Below, piece by piece: positions 33,800 to 40,129 of a DNA stretch of 40,129 nucleotides. This stretch comes from Patescibacteria group bacterium (GTDB lineage: Bacteria > Patescibacteriota > Patescibacteriia > Magasanikbacterales > GWA2-37-8). The DNA lies in contig SCQK01000006.1 of assembly GCA_004321885.1 (NCBI GenBank), forward strand, positions 1 to 40,129. Direction: 5' to 3'. The first letter of the stretch is position 1, and every line of letters begins with the position of its first letter. The position numbers and the translations under genes were made by a program. Under the pieces are notes generated by a model. That model saw only the letters and a list, made by a program, of their open reading frames with translations. It was not told where the DNA came from and searched no databases.

Positions 33800-34390
33800 A
33801 TGCGCGGCATCACGGTCGTGGAAGTGCTGGTGGCCGTGGCGCTTTTTGGTTTTTTGATAGTTTCCATCGCCTGGATTTTTTTGACCAGCTGGAAATCAAA
33901 CAGCATTGTTTGGGAACAGCTGGCCACGCAAAACGAGGGCCGCAAAGCCACCCAGGATTTTGTCAATGAACTGCGCACGGCTTCGGCTTCAAGCGGCGGG
34001 GCCTATGCCATAGAATCAGCCGCCACCTCATCCATAGTTTTTTATTCCAACATTGACGCGGACACTTTCAAAGAGCGCGTGCGTTATTTTCTTTCCGGCG
34101 CCACTCTCAAAAAAGGCGTCATCAAGCCGACCGGCGACCCGTTTGTCTACAATCCGGCCAATGAAATCATTACCGAAGTGGCGCACGATGTGGCCATGGC
34201 CGGCGCCCCGATTTTCACGTATTATAATGCAAATTTTAGCGGTTATTCTTCGCCTTTGCCCGCGCCAGTTACCACGACAATGATAAGGGTGGTAAATATC
34301 TCCTTGAAATTAGAAGAGGACCCGCATTTGTCTCCGGCGCCGTTTAACATTGAATCTAAAGTGATGATAAGAAATTTGAAAGACAACTGA
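33800..34390 (+). CDS. prepilin-type pseudopilin/minor pilin
   Basis: ORF 33701..34390; the first 33 codons are the in-frame translation of palindromic element B4; the ATG at 33800 gives MRG|ITVVEVLVAVALFGFLIVSIAW, a canonical prepilin signal with Glu+5. Confidence 0.7.
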   Translation: MRGITVVEVLVAVALFGFLIVSIAWIFLTSWKSNSIVWEQLATQNEGRKATQDFVNELRTASASSGGAYAIESAATSSIVFYSNIDADTFKERVRYFLSGATLKKGVIKPTGDPFVYNPANEIITEVAHDVAMAGAPIFTYYNANFSGYSSPLPAPVTTTMIRVVNISLKLEEDPHLSPAPFNIESKVMIRNLKDN

Positions 34391-34391
34391 T

Positions 34392-35768
34392 ATGCGAAAA
34401 AAATTTTTGCGCGGCAACATTCTCCTCTTTGTTCTCATCTTCGGCACCATCAGCGTGTCTATTATCGCGGTGGGGCTCACGGGCTACGGCATTTCGGAAA
34501 ATCGCGCTTCGGTGAAAAAGTTCAACCGCGAGCTGGCCTTCCAGGTGGCGGACGCGGGCGTCAATTATTATCGCTGGCATTTGGCGCACGCGCCCGCTGA
34601 TTATTGGGACGGTAATGCCAGCACTACGCCCGGGCCGTACGTGCATGATTACAAGAATAAAGACGGCGCCGTGATCGGGCAGTATTCCTTGCAAATCGCC
34701 ACGCCGACCTTGGGCGCGAGCGTGGTGACCATAGTTTCCACGGGCTGGCTGAATGAACAGCCGAACTCAAAAGTAAAAATCAAAGCGCGCGTGGGTTTTC
34801 CTTCGCTCACTGATTACGCTTTTCTGACCAACACCGACGTCTGGATTGGTGATACCGAAGTAACGCACGGCAAATTCCACGCCAATGGCGGCATCCGTTT
34901 TGACGGCCTGGCCGACGCGCCGGTAACAAGCGCCGTGGCCACCTATACCTGCAAGAGTTTTCACGGTTGCGGAGCCGGGCAGGTGAAAGACGGCATCTGG
35001 GGCCAGGGCGGCCCCAAAAGTTTGTGGAGCTATCCCATGCCGGCCAAGGACTTCACGGCCATCACAGCCAAGCTGGCGGAAATTTACACCAACTCGGACC
35101 CGGCCAAGGGCGGCATCAGGTTTTCTTCCTCGGGCCAGCAGGGCTGGCTGTTGCGTTTTTCCTCGTCCACCACGCCCGGCCAGTTGACCGCTTACAAAGT
35201 GACGGCCACGGACTGCTACAAGGCCAAAGACGTGGGCGGCAGCAGTTATTTTTGGCCTTGCATAGACATCAAAACCCTGGGCACGGGCACTGCTTATGAT
35301 ATGCCGGCCAACGGCTATATTTTTGTGGATGACACAGTGTGGGTGGACGGCGGCGTAAACGGCCGCGCTGTCATCGGCACTGGCGTCGGGAAAAGCATTA
35401 TTTTGAATGGCAATATTTTATACAAGGCCAAAAACGGCGAGCATGTGCTGGGGCTGATGGCCGAGCAGAATGTGCTCATTCCGCACAACTCGCCCAATTA
35501 TCTGGAAGTGGACGCGGCTATGCTGGCGCAAAATGGCGCCACCAAAAGATACTATTACCCCGGCGATATGAAAGAAAGTCTGTATATTTTTGGTTCCATC
35601 ATCACCAATAAATTGTGGACTTGGAGCTGGGTTTCGGGCGGGGGCGCCGTGGTTTCGGGCTATCGCAATACCAACTCCACTTATGACGAGAATCTGACTT
35701 TTGCTCCGCCGCCGGGGTTTCCGGTGGGCTCGGAATACCGGCTTTTGAGTTGGGAAGAAATAAAATGA
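34392..35768 (+). CDS. PilX-like minor pilin/pilus assembly protein (PilX_N-type N-terminus)
   Basis: 458 aa; N-terminus MRKKFLRG|NILLFVLIFGTISVSIIAVGL followed by RELAFQVADAGVNYYRW, which matches the PilX N-terminal domain pattern (no Glu+5); large C-terminal beta-rich domain; start 2 nt after the previous stop. Confidence 0.65.
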   Translation: MRKKFLRGNILLFVLIFGTISVSIIAVGLTGYGISENRASVKKFNRELAFQVADAGVNYYRWHLAHAPADYWDGNASTTPGPYVHDYKNKDGAVIGQYSLQIATPTLGASVVTIVSTGWLNEQPNSKVKIKARVGFPSLTDYAFLTNTDVWIGDTEVTHGKFHANGGIRFDGLADAPVTSAVATYTCKSFHGCGAGQVKDGIWGQGGPKSLWSYPMPAKDFTAITAKLAEIYTNSDPAKGGIRFSSSGQQGWLLRFSSSTTPGQLTAYKVTATDCYKAKDVGGSSYFWPCIDIKTLGTGTAYDMPANGYIFVDDTVWVDGGVNGRAVIGTGVGKSIILNGNILYKAKNGEHVLGLMAEQNVLIPHNSPNYLEVDAAMLAQNGATKRYYYPGDMKESLYIFGSIITNKLWTWSWVSGGGAVVSGYRNTNSTYDENLTFAPPPGFPVGSEYRLLSWEEIK

Positions 35769-35804
35769 TTGAAAAGCCGGGAGGATTTTGCTATACTTAT
35801 CTAT

Positions 35805-36674
35805 ATGGCCAAATCAATAAAAAAACTTGTCGTGCCGGTCGCGGGCCTGGGCACCCGTTTTTTGCCAGCCACCAAGGCCCAGCCCAAAGAAATGATGCCG
35901 GTGGTGGACAAGCCGATTATTCAGTATGTGGTGGAAGACGCGGTGGCCTCGGGCATCACTGATATTATTTTGGTTACGGGCCCCAGCAAGCGGGCCGTGG
36001 AAGACCATTTCAGCCCGAATTACGAACTTATCAATTTATTAAAAAAACAAAAAAAAGAGGCCGTGGCCGAGGAAGTGAAAAAAATTTCCGACCTGGCCAA
36101 CTTCATTTTCATCCGCCAAAAAGGGCCGTATGGCAACGGCACGCCGGTGCTTTGCGCCAAAGCGCTTCTGGGAGATGAGCCGTTTGCCGTGATGTGGGGC
36201 GATGAATTTTTCTACTCGCCGGATAAGCCCCATCTGAAACAGCTTATAGATGTATATGAAAAATATGGTGATCCGGTTATCACAGCCCACGAAACCGACG
36301 ATGAGGGCACAAGCAAGTATGGTATTATTGACGGCGTTGAAGTAGAGAAGGGTGTTTATCAGGTAAAAAAAATAGTAGAAAAACCCGGCCCGCAAAAGAC
36401 CCCGTCTCATTTGGGTATGTTTGGATCTTTTATTTTAACAAATGATGTCTTTGAAGCTTTGGAAAATACCAAGCTGGGTAAAGACGGAGAATTGTGGCTG
36501 GCCGATGCTAACGCCAAGGTGCTTAAAAAACGTCCATATTATGCTTGCTTGGTAGATGGCCAGTATTATGATACTGGCTCCAAGCTCGGGTATTTGAAAG
36601 CGAACGTGGAGTTCGCTTTGCGGGACAAAAAATTGGGCAAAGAATTTAAAAAATATCTTAAAAGCATTTTGTAA
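35805..36674 (+). CDS. galU: UTP--glucose-1-phosphate uridylyltransferase
   Basis: ORF 35769..36674 (TTG); the ATG at 35805 gives MAKSIKKLVVPVAGLGTRFLPATKAQPKEMMPVVDKP, the canonical GalU N-terminus. Confidence 0.85.
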   Translation: MAKSIKKLVVPVAGLGTRFLPATKAQPKEMMPVVDKPIIQYVVEDAVASGITDIILVTGPSKRAVEDHFSPNYELINLLKKQKKEAVAEEVKKISDLANFIFIRQKGPYGNGTPVLCAKALLGDEPFAVMWGDEFFYSPDKPHLKQLIDVYEKYGDPVITAHETDDEGTSKYGIIDGVEVEKGVYQVKKIVEKPGPQKTPSHLGMFGSFILTNDVFEALENTKLGKDGELWLADANAKVLKKRPYYACLVDGQYYDTGSKLGYLKANVEFALRDKKLGKEFKKYLKSIL

Positions 36675-36683
36675 AAAATTGGT

Positions 36684-38075
36684 ATGCCGAAATTTACAAA
36701 ACTACTCCCTTTGTTTTTGCTAACGGGTTTTTTGATTCTCGCCGGTTTTGGCTGCAAGGGCATTACCAAAGAGCAGGCCGCGGCCATCAGGCCGGTGGCT
36801 TTGGAATATTGGACAGTGGCCGATGACGTGGATGAAATGCAAAAGCTGATAGACCAGTACCGGGCCGCGCGGCCGTATCTCACCGTGAACCTGCGCCAAC
36901 TGCGCGGCAATGAGCTTTATCCGCGTCTGCTGGAGGCGCTTTCCGAAGACAAGGGGCCGGACATTGTTTCAGTAAGCAACAAGTGGCTGCGTTTGTTTTT
37001 GCCCAAACTGGCCCCTATGCCAGATAGTGTCAAAGATGCCACCGTAATTGTAACCAAGAATCAGCTGGGCGGCACTGACACGGTAATAAAAAATATTACC
37101 CAAAGTCTGCCTGGCGCCATAAACATTGACCGCGAATACGTGCGCGCAGTGAAAAACGACGTGGTAGTAAACGGCCATGTCTATGGCCTGCCTTTGTCTT
37201 TTGACACCATGGCTCTTTTTTATAATAAAGACATGCTGGACAAAGCCGGCATTGCCGAGCCGCCCAAAACCTGGGAGGACTTGCAAAAACAGGTCAAAAA
37301 ATTAACGCGCTTCAACAAGCAGACCGGCAAAATCACGCAAGCGGGCGCGGCGCTCGGCAACGGCAACGTGGATTCGTTTGATGATTTACTTTATCTATTA
37401 TACAGGCAGAGTGATTTGGATTTTACCGACGCCAACGGACAGGTTAGATTTAATCTGGTGAGGGCCGGACAGGAAAACAGCGATGTTAATCCTTTTAAGG
37501 TGGTGGGGTTTTTCACGGATTTTGCCAATCCCGAGCGCGACACCTACTCGTGGAACAAAGATATGGGCGGGGCCTTGGAGGCCTTTGTTAGCGGCAAGAC
37601 CGCTTTTATGCTGGGCTACAATTTTCAGCTTGATTTAATAAAAGCGCGCGCCCCCGGGCTTAATGTGGAAGTGACGCCTATGCTGCAGCTGAACCCCGAG
37701 GCCCCGGCCAACGCGGCCAGCTATTTTGTGCAGACGGTTATCGGCAAATCCAAGCGCCAAAACGAGGCCTGGGGATTGCTCAATTATTTGGCGCATTCGC
37801 GCGCGACCAAAGATTATTTGGACCGTAGCGGTCGGCCTTCGGCTTTGCGCGCGTACATAGAGGCGCAAAAACAAGACCCGAAATTGGCGCCTTTCGCGGC
37901 CCAGGTTTTGGCAGCCGAGAATTGGTACCGCGGGACAGATTATCCGGCGGCCATGACAGCCATCAGCGAAATGCTGGATGACTGGCTAAAACCCGCGTTG
38001 CCAGACGCCAATCCGGATGAAGTAAAACAAAATATTCTAAACGCCGCCGCGGCCAAGGTAAATCAAACGTTGTAG
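36684..38075 (+). CDS. ABC transporter substrate-binding protein, family 1 (sugar-type), probable lipoprotein
   Basis: 463 aa; signal peptide ending ...LAGFGCKG (Cys anchor); FYNKDMLDKAGIAEPPKTWEDL and overall pattern of extracellular solute-binding protein family 1; no permease or ATPase genes follow in the window. Confidence 0.75.
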   Translation: MPKFTKLLPLFLLTGFLILAGFGCKGITKEQAAAIRPVALEYWTVADDVDEMQKLIDQYRAARPYLTVNLRQLRGNELYPRLLEALSEDKGPDIVSVSNKWLRLFLPKLAPMPDSVKDATVIVTKNQLGGTDTVIKNITQSLPGAINIDREYVRAVKNDVVVNGHVYGLPLSFDTMALFYNKDMLDKAGIAEPPKTWEDLQKQVKKLTRFNKQTGKITQAGAALGNGNVDSFDDLLYLLYRQSDLDFTDANGQVRFNLVRAGQENSDVNPFKVVGFFTDFANPERDTYSWNKDMGGALEAFVSGKTAFMLGYNFQLDLIKARAPGLNVEVTPMLQLNPEAPANAASYFVQTVIGKSKRQNEAWGLLNYLAHSRATKDYLDRSGRPSALRAYIEAQKQDPKLAPFAAQVLAAENWYRGTDYPAAMTAISEMLDDWLKPALPDANPDEVKQNILNAAAAKVNQTL

Positions 38076-38086
38076 TTGGTCGGGAA

Positions 38087-38121
38087 TCCCTCCCCTATTA
38101 GGGGAGGGGCAAGGGGAGGGG
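38087..38121. repeat. palindromic element A, copy A9 (SD of TrbC-like paralog 1)
   Basis: CCCTCCCCTATTAGGGGAGGG + GCAAGGGGAGGGG, 7 nt before the ATG at 38128. Confidence 0.8.
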
Positions 38122-38127
38122 TATTTT

Positions 38128-38613
38128 ATGCGCCTTATCAATTTATATTTTTTTCTGGCTTTGCTTTTAGCGGTTTTTTTGTCCCCTGTCATTCCCGCGC
38201 AAGCTGAAAGTCCCTTTGGCACTGATGACGAGCAGGCTGGGCAGGCAAAGAAAAACGTTCAAGAGAAAGAAACCAAATCAAGCGAGCGCGCTTTGCCTTC
38301 GGTATTGCCAAACTGCGCCAAGACCGGCGATTTGTCCGCGAGTTCGCCCTGCCGCGATGTTTCCATATTCGTGGAGCTTGGCATCAACATCGCGCGCTAT
38401 TTGTTTTCCATTATCGGCGCGCTGGCCCTCTTAATGTTCGTCTACGGCGGCTTTATGCTGATACTGTCGGCCGGCAGCGCCGAGCGGGTGAAAAAAGGCG
38501 GTGAAATAATGCTGGCGGCTATGGTGGGACTCCTAATTTCATTTACCGCCTATATGCTGGTGCGCTTTTTGGGCGGGGCCGTGGGGCTTGGGAGTGAGTT
38601 TAAGTTGAAGTGA
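38128..38613 (+). CDS. TrbC/VirB2-like pilin family protein, paralog 1
   Basis: 161 aa; signal peptide, ~75-aa variable region with 2 Cys, then a conserved C-terminal two-helix hairpin ALALLMFVYGGFMLILSAGSAERVKKGGEIMLAAMVGLLISFTAYML; SD from element A9. Confidence 0.7.
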   Translation: MRLINLYFFLALLLAVFLSPVIPAQAESPFGTDDEQAGQAKKNVQEKETKSSERALPSVLPNCAKTGDLSASSPCRDVSIFVELGINIARYLFSIIGALALLMFVYGGFMLILSAGSAERVKKGGEIMLAAMVGLLISFTAYMLVRFLGGAVGLGSEFKLK

Positions 38614-38675
38614 CCCCGCTTAGCGGGGTTATTCTGACCATGCACCGCTCTGGTGCAGGGGAAGGATCCCTTAGT

Positions 38676-39290
38676 ATGAACAAGAAAAAAGTTGGAATGG
38701 TTATCATAATTTTATTGGCGGTATTTTTTTCTTTTTTGTTTGTTTCGTTTTCAGTAAAAGCCGCTTCAAATTGTTGGTGTAGCGTGCAGAACAAATGCAC
38801 TTTAAATATCCCGGCGGAAGAATGCGTGACGTTTGGACCAGATTGCCAATCGCAAGATACCTGCCCTGGTTATGTGGCTTGTTTTTGTGCCATGAAAAAT
38901 AATAGCTGTGAATTAGTGAAAGGCGGCGGGGAAGATTGTCAGGCGGCAGGTTGTAATATTTTAACCGAATGTCCCAAACCAGCGGAAAAACAGACTGACA
39001 CGTTTAGTAATTTACAACAGCAGGCCGCGAGTGGTCTGAATCCGGCCGGGTTTGGCGAGGTGCCGGATTTTATCGGTCAAGTTTTGAAGTTTCTAATGGG
39101 CGCCTTGGGTTCAATCGCTTTGGCGCTGTATGTGTGGGCTGGGTTTTTGTGGATGACCGCGGCTGGCAATGCTGAGCGCGCGGGCAAGGCCAAGACACTG
39201 TTGTTTTGGACCACTTTGGGCGTGGTGGGCGCTTTGGCCAGTTACACGCTCGTTAAGTTTATTTTCCAGGCCCTGGAACTAAGCGTATGA
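38676..39290 (+). CDS. TrbC/VirB2-like pilin family protein, paralog 2 (Cys-rich ectodomain)
   Basis: ORF 38610..39290, start re-chosen at 38676 (MNKKKVGMVIIILL...); 14 Cys in an ~80-aa variable domain, then the conserved hairpin SIALALYVWAGFLWMTAAGNAERAGKAKTLLFWTTLGVVGALASY. Confidence 0.7.
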   Translation: MNKKKVGMVIIILLAVFFSFLFVSFSVKAASNCWCSVQNKCTLNIPAEECVTFGPDCQSQDTCPGYVACFCAMKNNSCELVKGGGEDCQAAGCNILTECPKPAEKQTDTFSNLQQQAASGLNPAGFGEVPDFIGQVLKFLMGALGSIALALYVWAGFLWMTAAGNAERAGKAKTLLFWTTLGVVGALASYTLVKFIFQALELSV

Positions 39291-39688
39291 AAAAATTTTT
39301 ATTACTTTGTTTAGTTATATTTTTAGTCGCGTTATTTTTTCCTTTGGCGGGCTTGCGGGCCGAGGAGGCAAAAAAAGATTGCGCGCCCGACAGCACAGGC
39401 CAAATCGTGTGCAAATTACAGCCGCCGCTCTTGGGCAAAGATAAAAAACCCGTTACTGACCCGGCCGCGCTTGTCGGCATTATCATCAAGGGAGTTTTGG
39501 GCATTGTAGGTGCGCTCGCTTTATTGATGGTTTTTTGGGGCGCGGCTGGCTGGCTGTTCGCGGCCGGCAATCCGGAGAAAATTAAAGCCAGCACCAAAAC
39601 GATTGTTTGGGCTTTAATTGGGTTGCTGATAATTTTTGCCAGCTATATGTATATGAACGGCGTTTTGAAGTTTATGTTTGGCGGTTGA
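39287..39688 (+). CDS. TrbC/VirB2-like pilin family protein, paralog 3
   Basis: 133 aa; signal peptide, short variable region with 2 Cys, conserved hairpin ALALLMVFWGAAGWLFAAGNPEKIKASTKTIVWALIGLLIIFASYM; 4-nt overlap with paralog 2. Confidence 0.7.
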   Translation: MKKFLLLCLVIFLVALFFPLAGLRAEEAKKDCAPDSTGQIVCKLQPPLLGKDKKPVTDPAALVGIIIKGVLGIVGALALLMVFWGAAGWLFAAGNPEKIKASTKTIVWALIGLLIIFASYMYMNGVLKFMFGG

Positions 39689-39709
39689 TGGGAAAAGTGG
39701 TATACTATT

Positions 39710-39795
39710 GTCATTGCGAGCAAAGCGAAGCAATCCCATACATAATTGCAAGGGATTGCCGCGCCCCGACGTGACGTCGGGGCTCGCAATGACAG
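39710..39795. repeat. palindromic element B, complete copy B5
   Basis: GTCATTGCGAGCAAAGCGAAGCAATCCC ... GGGATTGCCGCGCCCCGACGTGACGTCGGGGCTCGCAATGACAG; lies between TrbC-like paralogs 3 and 4. Confidence 0.8.
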
Positions 39796-39835
39796 TAACA
39801 ATTATGCACTCAAAATTCCGAAAGGGGGTGAATGT

Positions 39836-40129
39836 ATGAAAAAGTTAATCGCGATTGCTCTAATAGCGGTGTCTTTGGCTTTGGTTTTGGGCGCAACCGA
39901 CGTTTTGGCGCAACAACAGATAACCACCAATGATATTGGCTTGAAAGAAGCGGGTAGCACTGGTTTAGGCAATAAGGACGTCAGAGAAACAACCGGTCTT
40001 ATCATCAAAACCGCCATGGGCCTCTTGGGCATCGTGGCTGTGGTGATTATCCTTATCGGCGGCTTTACCTGGATGACGGCCGGCGGCAATGACGAGAAAG
40101 TTACCCAGGGCAAGAAATGGATTTTCTCG
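39836..40129 (+). CDS. TrbC/VirB2-like pilin family protein, paralog 4 (3' end beyond the window)
   Basis: ATG at 39836 preceded by AAAGGGGGTG SD; MKKLIAIALIAVSLALVLGATDVLAQQQ signal, then AMGLLGIVAVVIILIGGFTWMTAGGNDEKVTQGKK, the same conserved hairpin; the frame remains open to the window end. Confidence 0.6.
   Translation, partial: MKKLIAIALIAVSLALVLGATDVLAQQQITTNDIGLKEAGSTGLGNKDVRETTGLIIKTAMGLLGIVAVVIILIGGFTWMTAGGNDEKVTQGKKWIFS

Noticed and set aside
617-39795. CRISPR array
   Set aside because: The recurring elements are self-complementary palindromes at irregular, kilobase-scale spacing interrupted by genes, not regularly spaced direct repeats with short unique spacers. No cas genes are present.
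39802-40113. 103-aa minus-strand ORF at the window end
   Set aside because: The plus strand carries a fourth TrbC-like paralog with signal peptide, SD and the conserved hairpin; the minus ORF is its antisense.

Overview
The 40.1-kb window is a gene-dense stretch of a small bacterial genome with many 4-nt start/stop overlaps. Gene content and architecture (type-2 IleS, class II B12-RNR, tandem TrbC/VirB2-like pilin paralogs, giant prepilin-signal proteins, SpoIID, AI-2E, tRNAs lacking encoded CCA) suggest a Candidate Phyla Radiation/Patescibacteria-like organism; this is an inference only. On the housekeeping side I recognise ruvC, a SpoU-type RNA methyltransferase, DJ-1/PfpI, a pentose-phosphate cluster (rpiB-rpe-trxB-PfkB kinase), a CBS protein, MTA phosphorylase, ileS, ruvB, nrdJ (class II ribonucleotide reductase) followed directly by a PduO-type cobalamin adenosyltransferase, galU, a sugar-binding ABC lipoprotein, and four tRNAs (Gly-TCC, Gly-GCC, initiator Met-CAT, Leu-TAA). 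The accessory/unusual content is: (i) two families of dispersed GC-rich palindromic elements, A = CCCCTCCCC-TTATAA-GGGGAGGGG (9 copies) and B = GTCATTGCGAG...GAAGCAATCCC / GGGATTGCTTCG...CTCGCAATGAC (5 copies). They sit just upstream of start codons, where they supply the Shine-Dalgarno sequence and can sequester it in a hairpin, and several copies are inserted in-frame inside coding sequences (rpe, pduO twice, spoU-like both ends, PfkB C-terminus), like Rickettsia palindromic elements. (ii) A tRNA-fMet-adjacent array of two GC-rich cassettes (a Fic protein and a hypothetical) bounded by three ~55-bp direct repeats. (iii) A surface-appendage locus: three large prepilin-signal proteins (one PilX-like), then galU, a solute-binding protein and a tandem array of four TrbC/VirB2-like pilin paralogs with hypervariable Cys-rich ectodomains. 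(iv) Two toxin-antitoxin-like modules: HigB/HigA with a perfect 24-bp palindromic operator, and a small ORF plus AbiEii-type nucleotidyltransferase under its own consensus promoter. (v) Several compositionally GC-rich islands of unknown function. I see no CRISPR array and no rRNA. Coordinates of RNA genes, repeats, promoters and terminators were read by eye and may be off by 1-2 nt; CDS coordinates follow the supplied ORF track with starts re-chosen where an internal ATG plus RBS fits better.
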